A program made the position numbers and the translations under genes. Shown here in pieces: positions 1 through 8,381 of a stretch of DNA of 32,000 nucleotides. The stretch comes from Desulfobulbus propionicus DSM 2032 (lineage in GTDB: Bacteria; Desulfobacterota; Desulfobulbia; Desulfobulbales; Desulfobulbaceae), in contig NC_014972.1 of the NCBI RefSeq assembly GCF_000186885.1, positions 270,001-302,000 on the forward strand. The letters run 5' to 3'. Below the pieces are notes generated by a model. The model was given only the letters and a program-made list of their open reading frames with translations. It was not told the DNA's origin and ran no database searches. Every line of letters begins with the position of its first letter. Within the stretch, counting starts at the first letter, position 1.

Positions 1-123
1 GACCAGTTTCTTGGCCACCTGTGCCGCAAGGCCGGTTTGGCGCAAGGCGCTTGGCGTTCCGGAACGCTTGGCGTTTTTACCTATCAGGTCCAATCCTTCG
101 AGGAACCCCGCGCAGACGGGTGA
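1..123 (+). CDS. C-terminal tail of an upstream hypothetical protein, truncated by the window edge
   Basis: Frame +1 is open from base 1 to TGA at 121-123 (DQFLGHLCRKAGLAQGAWRSGTLGVFTYQVQSFEEPRADG*). The next gene starts 5 bp downstream. Confidence 0.45.
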   Translation, partial: DQFLGHLCRKAGLAQGAWRSGTLGVFTYQVQSFEEPRADG

Positions 124-128
124 ACCCC

Positions 129-752
129 ATGAAAGAACTGTTTCTTCCCCCGGAACTCTCCTGCGAGATCAGCGAGATCTACGCCTCCATGGCCACCGCC
201 TACGACGAGGTGGCCCGCGCCATCACCCTGACCTGCGAGGGCTGTCCGGACAACTGTTGCGACTCCTATTTCCTCCACTACACCTATTGCGAATGGGCCT
301 ACCTGTGGGAGGGCATTCGCGCCCTGGATGACGCCCGTCTGGATCGGATCATGCAGCGGGCGCGGGACTATGTGGAGCAGAGTCGCGTGCTGATCGCCCG
401 GGGCCAGCGGCCGCAGATCATGTGCCCGCTCAACGAGGACGGCCTGTGCGGCCTGTACACGCATCGCCTGATGATCTGCCGCACCCACGGGGTGCCGGCC
501 ACCTTGACCCGGCCGGATGGCCAGCATCTCCGCTTCCCCGGCTGTTTTCGTTGCCAGGAGATCGTCAAGGCCACCTATGCGGCGGAAACCGATGCTCCGG
601 CCATGGACCGGACCATCCTCTACAAGCGGCTGGCGCAGCTGGAATCGCGTTTTTTGGGCGACAAACGCGGCCTCTTCCCCAAAATCAAGCTGACCATCGC
701 CGAGATGATTGTCGGCGGCCCGCCCAGGGACATTAAAACCAACCGGAACTGA
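129..752 (+). CDS. YkgJ-family cysteine cluster (putative Zn/Fe-chelating) protein
   Basis: ORF 21..752 with a more likely start at ATG 129 (MKELFLPPELSCEI). Cys-rich motifs CEGCPDNCCDSYF, MCPLNEDGLCGLY, MICRTHGVPATLTR and GCFRCQ. Confidence 0.75.
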   Translation: MKELFLPPELSCEISEIYASMATAYDEVARAITLTCEGCPDNCCDSYFLHYTYCEWAYLWEGIRALDDARLDRIMQRARDYVEQSRVLIARGQRPQIMCPLNEDGLCGLYTHRLMICRTHGVPATLTRPDGQHLRFPGCFRCQEIVKATYAAETDAPAMDRTILYKRLAQLESRFLGDKRGLFPKIKLTIAEMIVGGPPRDIKTNRN

Positions 753-776
753 TCGCCGTCAAGGCACCCAGACATT

Positions 777-1745
777 ATGGACTCCATCGTACACCAGGCC
801 ACAGAAACGATTCTCACCGGCGGCCAGATCGACCGGTCCACCGCGTCGCGATTGCTCGGCAGCGACAAAGAGGAGCTCTATCGCAGCGCCGATGCCATCC
901 GCCGTCATTTCTGCGGCAACCACTTCGACCTCTGTTCGATCATCAATGCCAAGAGCGGCAACTGCACCGAGAACTGCCGATTCTGCGCTCAGTCGGCGCG
1001 CCACCGCACCGGTATCGACACCTATACCGTGATTCCCGAGGAGGAAGCCCTGGCCCAGGCCCGGGACAACGACGAGCACGGCGTGCATCGCATTTCGCTG
1101 GTCACCAGCGGCCGCAGCCTGTCGCCGGAGACGGTGGCAGAGCTGACTCACCTCTATCAGAAGATGGCCCAGACCACTTCGATGCTGTTCTGCGCCTCGG
1201 CCGGTTTTCTTGACGAGCGGATCGCCCGCGATCTGTATGCGGCCGGGGTGCGGCGCTACCACTGCAACCTGGAGGCGAGCCGCACCTATTTTCCCCAGGT
1301 GTGTACCACCCATACCTGGGAGGAAAAGGTCGAAACCCTGCGCCTGGCCCGCCAGACCGGCATGTCGCTCTGTTCGGGCGGCATCATCGGCATGGGCGAG
1401 ACCATGGAGGATCGACTCGACATGGCCTTTGAGCTGCGCGAGCTTGCGGTCAAATCGATCCCGGTCAACATCCTCACCGCCATTGAGGGCACGCCGTTGG
1501 CCGATCTGCAACCGTTGTCGGTGGACGAGGTCCTGACCACGGTGGCCCTGTTCCGCTTCATCAATCCCGACGCGGTGATCCGCATGGCCGGCGGCCGGCA
1601 GCAGCTGGGCGAGGAACAGTACCGCTGCTTCACCGCCGGCGCCAACGGCGCCATTGTCGGCAACTACCTGACCACCACCGGTTCGGGGATCGCCGGTGAT
1701 CTGCACCATCTCACGGAGCTTGGCTTCACCTTTGCGCGCGGATAA
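777..1745 (+). CDS. bioB: Biotin synthase (radical SAM)
   Basis: 322 aa with [18 protein letters not shown] radical-SAM cluster, [16 protein letters not shown], and a C-terminal [15 protein letters not shown] motif. Confidence 0.96.
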   Translation: MDSIVHQATETILTGGQIDRSTASRLLGSDKEELYRSADAIRRHFCGNHFDLCSIINAKSGNCTENCRFCAQSARHRTGIDTYTVIPEEEALAQARDNDEHGVHRISLVTSGRSLSPETVAELTHLYQKMAQTTSMLFCASAGFLDERIARDLYAAGVRRYHCNLEASRTYFPQVCTTHTWEEKVETLRLARQTGMSLCSGGIIGMGETMEDRLDMAFELRELAVKSIPVNILTAIEGTPLADLQPLSVDEVLTTVALFRFINPDAVIRMAGGRQQLGEEQYRCFTAGANGAIVGNYLTTTGSGIAGDLHHLTELGFTFARG

Positions 1746-1749
1746 GACC

Positions 1750-3033
1750 ATGGCCAGCGACAGTCTGCTGCGATTCGATCGCGACCACCTCTGGCACCCC
1801 TACACCTCGACCACCCGGCCGCTGCCGGTCTATCCGGTGGCTTCGGCTTCGGGCGTGCGCATCCGGCTGATGGACGGCCGGGAGTTGATCGACGGCATGT
1901 CCTCCTGGTGGTGCGCCATCCACGGTTACAACCACCCGGTGCTCAATCGGGCGATCCGCGAGCAGAGCGAGCGCATGGCCCACGTCATGTTCGGCGGCCT
2001 GACCCACGAACCGGCGGTGGAGCTGGGCCGGCTCCTGGTGCAACTCACGCCGGAACCGCTGGACAAGGTCTTTCTCTGCGACTCGGGCTCGGTCAGCGTC
2101 GAGGTGGCCCTGAAAATGGCCCTGCAGTACCAGCAGGCCATGGGCCGGCCGGAGCGGCACCGGCTGCTCACCGTGCGCGGCGGCTACCATGGCGACACCT
2201 TCCATGCCATGTCGGTCTGCGACCCGATCACCGGCATGCACACCCTGTTCGAGCGTTCCCTGCCGCAGCAACTCTTTGCCCCCCGCCCCACCTGCCGCTT
2301 TGGCGGCCCATGGGACGAGTCCGATCTGGCCTCCATGGCCGAGCTGCTGGCCGAGCGCCATCACGAGACGGCGGCGGTGATTATCGAACCCATTGTCCAG
2401 GGCGCGGGGGGCATGTGGTTCTATCATCCCGAGTATTTGCGCGGCCTGCGGCGACTGTGCGACCGCTACGGCGTGCTGCTGATCTTCGATGAGATCGCCA
2501 CCGGCTTTGGCCGCACCGGGGTTCTCTTCGCGGCCGAGCATGCCGGGGTCGCTCCGGATATCCTGTGCGCGGGCAAGGCCATCACTGGCGGCACCATGAC
2601 CCTGGCCGCCACCCTGGCCACCACCGAAGTGGCCACCGCCGTCTCCAACGGCGCGGCCGGCGTGTTCATGCACGGGCCCACCTTCATGGGCAATCCGCTC
2701 GCCTGCCATGTGGCCTGTGCCTCAATCAACCTGTTGCGGGCAACGCCTTGGCAGGAGCGGGTGGCCGCCATCGCCAGCCAGCTGGAACAAGAGCTTGAAT
2801 TGGCCCGCAGCCTGCCCACCGTGGCCGATGTCCGCGTGTTGGGCGCCATCGGGGTGATTGAGACCACACAACCGGTGGACATGGCCGTGCTGCAGCGCTT
2901 TTTCGTCGACCAGGGAGTGTGGATTCGTCCCTTCGGCCGTCTGCTCTACCTCATGCCGCCCTTCATCATCGAACCGGACGAATTGTCGCAGCTGACGAGC
3001 GCCCTGGTTCGGGCGGCGGCAATGGTCCAGTGA
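1750..3033 (+). CDS. bioA: Adenosylmethionine-8-amino-7-oxononanoate aminotransferase
   Basis: [51 protein letters not shown], and PLK-like PLH lysine region [15 protein letters not shown]. Directly follows bioB. ATG at 1750 chosen over the track start 1696, which overlaps bioB. Confidence 0.95.
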   Translation: MASDSLLRFDRDHLWHPYTSTTRPLPVYPVASASGVRIRLMDGRELIDGMSSWWCAIHGYNHPVLNRAIREQSERMAHVMFGGLTHEPAVELGRLLVQLTPEPLDKVFLCDSGSVSVEVALKMALQYQQAMGRPERHRLLTVRGGYHGDTFHAMSVCDPITGMHTLFERSLPQQLFAPRPTCRFGGPWDESDLASMAELLAERHHETAAVIIEPIVQGAGGMWFYHPEYLRGLRRLCDRYGVLLIFDEIATGFGRTGVLFAAEHAGVAPDILCAGKAITGGTMTLAATLATTEVATAVSNGAAGVFMHGPTFMGNPLACHVACASINLLRATPWQERVAAIASQLEQELELARSLPTVADVRVLGAIGVIETTQPVDMAVLQRFFVDQGVWIRPFGRLLYLMPPFIIEPDELSQLTSALVRAAAMVQ

Positions 3034-3075
3034 CCGCAGCCGCCGTTCTTCCAACTCCTTTGCCGCAGGCAAGCG

Positions 3076-4290
3076 ATGAAACGGGAACTGATCAATAAAA
3101 GCGTGCTCCTGGCCTTGGTGCTGCTCATCTCGGCCCTGTTCCTCGACATGATCCGGCAGTTTCTGATGCCGATGTTCATGGCCGGCATCTTCTCCGCCAT
3201 TCTCAGCCCGGCCCACCGTTGGCTGACCGCGAGAATCGGCAATCGGGAGAATATCGCCTCGATCCTGGTGATCGTCGGCATCGTGGTGCTGGTGCTGGCG
3301 CCGCTGTCCATCCTTGTCGGCGTGGTGGTCGGCCAGGCCATCAGCGTCAGCCAGTCGGTCACCCCCTGGGTGCAGTCTTTCATCAACGAGCCGACCGCGA
3401 TCACCGCCTACATGGAAAAATTTCCCTATTACAAGGAAATTCTCCCCTACCGGGCGGTGATCATCGAAAAAGCCGGGATGATGGTGGGCAATCTCTCCAC
3501 CTTCCTCATCAACAGCCTCTCGGAGGTGACCAAGCTGACCGTCAACGCGGTCTTCAGCAGCGTGATCATGCTCTACGTGATGTTTTACTTCCTCACCATG
3601 GGCGAGGTGCTGCTCACCAAGATCCTCTATTTTCTCCCCCTCCAAGACCGCGATGAACGTCGTCTGTTGCGGCGGTTCACCTCGGTGACCAAGGCCACCC
3701 TCAAGGGCACGCTGATCATCGGCGCGCTCCAGGGGTTCATCTGCGGCGTGGCCTTTGCCCTGGCCGGGATCCAGGGACCGGTGTTCTGGGGCACGGTCAT
3801 GGCGGTGATGTCGATCATTCCCGCCTTTGGCACGGCCATTGTCTGGGTGCCGGCCCTGATCATCCTCGCCCTCAAGGGACAATTTTTCGGTGCGGTCATC
3901 CTCGGTGTGCTCTGCGGGGCGGTGGCCGGCAACCTCGACAATCTGCTCCGTCCCCGGCTGGTGGGCAAGGACACCGAGATGCACGACCTGTTCGTCCTCT
4001 TCGGGACCCTCGGCGGCATTTCCATGTTCGGTGTTCTCGGCATCATCATCGGTCCGATCGTCGCCGCCCTGTTCATCACCATCTGGGAGATCTACGGCAA
4101 GGCCTTCGAGGCCTATCTGCCCGATGTCGGGCCGTTGTTCAACCACAACCCGAGTGGGGGCGCCGTACCGGACTCCCTGACTGCCGAAGAGGTATCCGAT
4201 GCAACCGCGGAGTCGCCTCGCACGGCCGGGGAGGACGCCCCCAAAGCGGAGGAGCGGACAAGCGGCGACACAAACGGAAAGAGGGATTGA
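3076..4290 (+). CDS. AI-2E family transporter (PerM/YdiK-like membrane protein)
   Basis: 404 aa polytopic membrane protein with VFSSVIMLYVMFYFLTMGEVLLTKI, GALQGFICGVAFALAGIQGPVFWG, and GNLDNLLRPRLVGKDTEMHDLFVLFGTLGG. Confidence 0.88.
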   Translation: MKRELINKSVLLALVLLISALFLDMIRQFLMPMFMAGIFSAILSPAHRWLTARIGNRENIASILVIVGIVVLVLAPLSILVGVVVGQAISVSQSVTPWVQSFINEPTAITAYMEKFPYYKEILPYRAVIIEKAGMMVGNLSTFLINSLSEVTKLTVNAVFSSVIMLYVMFYFLTMGEVLLTKILYFLPLQDRDERRLLRRFTSVTKATLKGTLIIGALQGFICGVAFALAGIQGPVFWGTVMAVMSIIPAFGTAIVWVPALIILALKGQFFGAVILGVLCGAVAGNLDNLLRPRLVGKDTEMHDLFVLFGTLGGISMFGVLGIIIGPIVAALFITIWEIYGKAFEAYLPDVGPLFNHNPSGGAVPDSLTAEEVSDATAESPRTAGEDAPKAEERTSGDTNGKRD

Positions 4291-4420
4291 ACGTCCCGCC
4301 TTTCTTCGGTACGCCTGGACCATCGGCAGCGGTACCGGTGGCGGCGCGTGATCGATCAGCGCGGGAACGGGCCGCAAGGCGTCATCACTTTTCAATTAAA
4401 ACAGCTTGTTGGAGGCATGC

Positions 4421-5599
4421 ATGAGCGAAGCGACCCGGGTCAAGAATACAGGGCTGCGTGGAGTGACCGTCGCCGATTCGGCGATCAGTTTCATTGACGG
4501 CGAAAAGGGGGTACTGATTTACCGGGGCTATCGGATCGAGGATCTGGCCGACCATTCGTCCTTCATGGAAACCGCCTTTTTGCTGCTGTTCGGCACCCTG
4601 CCCACAGGCGAACAGCTGGAAGGATTTACCGGTCAGGTCAAAGGCATGCGTCAGGTGCCGCCGTACGTGCTGGAGAGCATGCGTCACTGGCCCAAGGATG
4701 CCCGGCCCATGGATGTGCTCCAGGCGAGCGTGCCGCTGCTGGCCATGGCCGAGCAGCACAGCGATACCATGGACCGCGATGTCTGCCTGCAGCGGTCCAT
4801 CGGTCTGCTGGCGCAGATGCCCACTCTGGTGGCCGCCTGGCACCGTATCCGCACCGGCCAACCGGTGCTCGAACCGGACCCGGACCTGGACCATGCCGCC
4901 AACTTCCTGTGGATGCTCCAGGGGAAAAAACCGGATGCGGCCACGGCCCACGACCTCGACGTCTGCCTGATTCTCCATGCCGACCACACCTTCAATGCCT
5001 CGACCTTTGCCGCCCGCGAGGTGGTGTCCACCCGGGCCAGCCTCTATGCCGGGGTGGCCGCCGGCCTGGGGGCGCTGTCCGGCAGCCTGCACGGCGGCGC
5101 CAACGCCAAAGTGATGGAAATGCTGCTCAAGCTGGAAAACGAACCGGATGTCGAGGGATGGGTGAAGAAACAGCTCAGCGAGGGGGACCGGATCATGGGC
5201 ATGGGGCACGCCATCTACAAAACCGGCGACCCGCGCGCGGTCTACTTGAAGAAAATGGGCCAGCGGCTGGGCGAGAAGACCGGCGGCAAATGGGCGAGCA
5301 TCTCCCAGCGGATCGAGCAAACCGCCTTGGCCATCTTTGCCGAGCGCGGCAAGACCACCATCCTGCCCAACGTTGATTTCAACTCGGCGCCGGTCTATTA
5401 CCTTATGGGCATTCCCACCGATCTGATGACTCCGGTGTTTGCCGTTTCGCGGGTCGCCGGCTGGTGCGCCCATATCATCGAGGAGCAGTTCGCCGACGCC
5501 CAGGGCAAACCGGCGCTCTATCGGCCCCAGGCCCAGTACGTGGGTGAATACTGCGGCCTGATGGGCTGCGAGTATTCGCCGGTGAACAAACGGGAATAA
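4421..5599 (+). CDS. gltA: Citrate synthase
   Basis: GVLIYRGYRIEDLA, HADHTFNASTFAAREVVST, GSLHGGANAKVMEML, GMGHAIYKTGDPRA, and NVDFNSAPVYYLMGIPTDLMTPVFAVSRVAGW. Start at internal ATG (MSEATRV). Confidence 0.94.
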   Translation: MSEATRVKNTGLRGVTVADSAISFIDGEKGVLIYRGYRIEDLADHSSFMETAFLLLFGTLPTGEQLEGFTGQVKGMRQVPPYVLESMRHWPKDARPMDVLQASVPLLAMAEQHSDTMDRDVCLQRSIGLLAQMPTLVAAWHRIRTGQPVLEPDPDLDHAANFLWMLQGKKPDAATAHDLDVCLILHADHTFNASTFAAREVVSTRASLYAGVAAGLGALSGSLHGGANAKVMEMLLKLENEPDVEGWVKKQLSEGDRIMGMGHAIYKTGDPRAVYLKKMGQRLGEKTGGKWASISQRIEQTALAIFAERGKTTILPNVDFNSAPVYYLMGIPTDLMTPVFAVSRVAGWCAHIIEEQFADAQGKPALYRPQAQYVGEYCGLMGCEYSPVNKRE

Positions 5600-5633
5600 G
5601 GGTTGGGGGCGGGGCGAAGGCGAGGCCCCGCGG

Positions 5634-7355
5634 TCACCACGCCGCCGCGGTCAAATCGACCCGTTTATCCGCGATCAGGCGCAGACAGGCATCCACGCTT
5701 TCCGCGTGGTAGAGAACGCCCCGGCCTGAACGAATCTCCTCCACCGCCGTTTCCAGACCCAGGGAGGGACGGTATGGGCGGTGCGAACTCATGGCCTCGA
5801 CCACGTCGGCCACGGTGAGGATTTTCGCTTCCAGCAGGATTTCCTTGTCGGTAAGCCCGCGCGGATAGCCGGACCCGTCGAGATGTTCATGGTGCTGGTA
5901 GACGATGTCCGCCACCGGCCACGGGAAGGGGATGTTCTTGAGGATCTCGTAACCGACCTCGGTGTGGCATTTGATGATCGCCCGTTCCTGCGCCGAGAGG
6001 CGGGCCGGTTTGGCCAGGTATTCCGAGGGCAGGCTGATCTTGCCAATGTCGTGCAGCAGGGCGGCGAAATGCAGCCCCTCGATCTGCTTCTCCGGCAAGC
6101 CCAGTTCGCGGGCAATGGCGCAGGCCAGCGTGTCGACCCGCATCTGGTGGCCAGCGGTGTAAGGGTCGCGTTTTTCGGCGGCCAGGGCCAGCGACTTGAC
6201 CGTTTCCTCCAAACTGGTGTGCAGCTCGTCGCGGCTCTTTTTCAGGGCCTCGATGGCGTTCTTGCGCTCGGAAATGTCGCGGGCAATGCCCCGGTACCCC
6301 AAAAGCTCACCGTCATCGCCGAACACCGGCACCCCGTTTTTCTCGATCACCACCACTCGTCCGTCCCGGGTTTGACACACGGTTTCAAAGCCGTTGAACG
6401 GTTTGCGCGACGCGATCAGTTTCTTGAAAATACGGCTGGTGCGGTCTAGTTCCTGAACGGCGACCAGGTCCTCCAGCTGCTTGCCGATGATCTCCTCGGC
6501 CGCAAACCCCAGCAGATCGCGCACCTTGGGGCTGCTGTAGGTATAGGCCCCGGCCGGATCGATCTCCCAGATCCAGTCGCTGGTGGTTTCCACCAGGGAG
6601 CGGAACCGCTCGTTGCTCTCTTCCAGGGCGGTCAGCAGCCGTTCCCGCTCTTCCCAGATGATCCGCCGCACCCGATCGGCCAGCACCGTATGGCGGATGA
6701 TGTAGAAGGCGAGAAAGGCGTTGAGCAGGAGAATGACGGTGGCAATGGCGTTGAGCTGTTTGGCGATCAGGCCGATTTCGACATTGACATCGTCAATGTA
6801 CAGCCCCGTGCCGATTACCCAGCCCCAGGGCGCGAATCCCTTGACATAGGACAGTTTGGGCACGATCCTGTTGGGGTCGTCCTGCCACTGGAAGAGATAT
6901 TCCACATAACCGGCACCCTGGGCCTTGACCACCCGGACGAATTCTTCCAGCAGGTTCTTGCCCGTGGGATAGCGGAAATCCGGGACCGCTTCGCCGCGCA
7001 GATCGGGGCGGTAGGGGTGGACCACGATCAGGGCGTTCATGTCGTTGATCCAGAAGTAATCCTTGTTGGCCGGACCGTAGCGGAGGTCGGCAATGATCTG
7101 CAGAACCTGCTTTTGTGCAGCCTCGCGGCTCATCTCGCCGTTGCGCTCCATCTTCTCATAGGCAGCGATGACATCGTAGACGATCTCGGCCATTTCCCGC
7201 AGCATCTCCCGTTTTTTTTCCAACAGGTTTTCCTTGAACGACGGGAGGATGATGACAAAGGTGGCGGTGACGAACAGCAGAATGGTGAACAGGGCCGGCA
7301 GGGCGATCCTGATGGAGATGGCATGGGCGAATTTTCGTTTTTTTTCCTTCTCCAT
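5634..7355 (-). CDS. Membrane sensor: Cache domain + PAS + HD-GYP (putative c-di-GMP phosphodiesterase)
   Basis: N-terminal TM, Cache-like YFWINDMNALIVVHPYRPDLRG and GWVIGTGLYIDDV, C-terminal second TM, PAS (SDWIWEIDPAGAYTYSSPKVRDLLGF), HD-GYP motifs (LLHDIGKISLPSEYL; HHEHLDGSGYPRG; DVVEAMSSHRPYRP). Likely start MEKEKKRKF inside ORF 5634..7415. Confidence 0.88.
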   Translation of the reverse strand: MEKEKKRKFAHAISIRIALPALFTILLFVTATFVIILPSFKENLLEKKREMLREMAEIVYDVIAAYEKMERNGEMSREAAQKQVLQIIADLRYGPANKDYFWINDMNALIVVHPYRPDLRGEAVPDFRYPTGKNLLEEFVRVVKAQGAGYVEYLFQWQDDPNRIVPKLSYVKGFAPWGWVIGTGLYIDDVNVEIGLIAKQLNAIATVILLLNAFLAFYIIRHTVLADRVRRIIWEERERLLTALEESNERFRSLVETTSDWIWEIDPAGAYTYSSPKVRDLLGFAAEEIIGKQLEDLVAVQELDRTSRIFKKLIASRKPFNGFETVCQTRDGRVVVIEKNGVPVFGDDGELLGYRGIARDISERKNAIEALKKSRDELHTSLEETVKSLALAAEKRDPYTAGHQMRVDTLACAIARELGLPEKQIEGLHFAALLHDIGKISLPSEYLAKPARLSAQERAIIKCHTEVGYEILKNIPFPWPVADIVYQHHEHLDGSGYPRGLTDKEILLEAKILTVADVVEAMSSHRPYRPSLGLETAVEEIRSGRGVLYHAESVDACLRLIADKRVDLTAAAW

Positions 7356-7642
7356 GCACGGTACCGAGGCGGGGGATGGCTGGTTGAGAAACAGGAGACG
7401 AACATCGGCGCTCAAACCGGAACAACGGTGTTCCCCGCAGCCCGGCGGTCCCGAAGCCGCGGTGCATTCGCCGCGCGCGATGTGTCCCTCATGCGCGCAA
7501 CATAATGGCTATGTCCAAGATCAGCAAGGATTCTTCCGCGTTTTCCCGTTGACAGGCCAATCGGCGGCTGTGATCTGCCGCTGGACAGGGTGTGCACATT
7601 GCGCTTGACTTTACCGGCTCAATCAAGTTCCTTTACACACAA

Positions 7643-7800
7643 GTTTCAGGTTCCTTTCGAGGATTAATAGGGAACTCCGTGGAATTCGGAGACGGGCCCG
7701 CCGCTGTAACCGGGGACGACCACCACAGTTCAGTCACTGACCTTCAGGTTGGGAAGGCGTGGTGGAAGGGTGAACCGGAAGTCAGAATACCTGCCTGAAG
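7643..7800 (+). promoter_or_regulatory. Cobalamin (B12) riboswitch aptamer
   Basis: Conserved elements in order: GGGAACTCCG/CGGAGAC, cCCGCCgCTGTAACCGGGGACGA, GGGAAGGCG, GGGTGAACCGGAAGTCAGAATACCTGCC (B12 box). Outer P1 pairing TTCAGG (7645-7650) with CCTGAA (7794-7799). Confidence 0.9.
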
Positions 7801-7859
7801 CGTGACAGTCGCTCTCCGCGGATCTGAGAGACGGCGCCGAGACGAGGATCAACCAGGGC

Positions 7860-7901
7860 ATCCCCGGATCATTTGCACACAATGATCCGGGGATTTTTTT
7901 T
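7860..7901 (+). terminator. Intrinsic terminator downstream of the cobalamin riboswitch
   Basis: Perfect 14-bp stem ATCCCCGGATCATT (7860-7873) / AATGATCCGGGGAT (7881-7894), 7-nt loop, followed by a T tract. Confidence 0.88.
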
Positions 7902-8300
7902 GTCGATTCAGCGCGGCTCCCGGATCGCAGGGACGGAACGCCTGGCAGCGCATCGTGTGTGGACGCTGCCGCTTTTCCGTGGAACGGCTCCTTGAAACGA
8001 AAGGGGCCTGTGTGAGGAAGCAAGGTTTGTTGTTGGCCATGTCCGGGATGCGCGGCGGCGGTATTGTTTGCCGGCGATATTGCCGCCCGCTCTCCTCCTG
8101 CCTCCCTGTATCGCATTCCTGCCCCCATCGTGACCTGCCCGAAGCCATTCGACCCCGTCGTTCGGGAAGAATGGGCGAGGCGATCCCAGTTGCAAACGAG
8201 TCGCCTCCTTTTTCTGCGGTTCCGGGTGCCTCCGGCGCGCCGAGAGCCTTCCTCTCTCTCGCCCCGCAGGCGACAAAACGGTGTTTGTCTCAATAACCCC

Positions 8301-8329
8301 TTGATTTTCGATGAAGTTATAACGATAAT
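8301..8329 (+). promoter_or_regulatory. Candidate sigma70-type promoter for the prkA cluster
   Basis: TTGATT (8301-8306), 17-nt spacer, GATAAT (8324-8329), about 53 nt before the prkA ATG in a locally AT-rich island. Confidence 0.4.
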
Positions 8330-8381
8330 AAAAACAATCCGCTCTGGCAAACGTATCCTGATCTGGTCAAGGAGGAACAAG

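Noticed and set aside
759-1751. 330-aa minus-strand ORF opposite bioB
   Set aside because: Antisense to a clear bioB. Composition typical of a reverse-complement shadow frame.
2722-4395. 557-aa minus-strand ORF opposite bioA and the AI-2E transporter gene
   Set aside because: Shadow ORF in a GC-rich genome: His/Asp/Arg/Gly-rich translation, no recognisable domain, fully antisense to convincing genes.
7955-8296. 113-aa plus-strand ORF as a possible riboswitch-regulated gene
   Set aside because: Arg/Pro/Ser-rich translation, no clear Shine-Dalgarno or family similarity, and competing frames look equally poor. Kept only as part of the gap observation.
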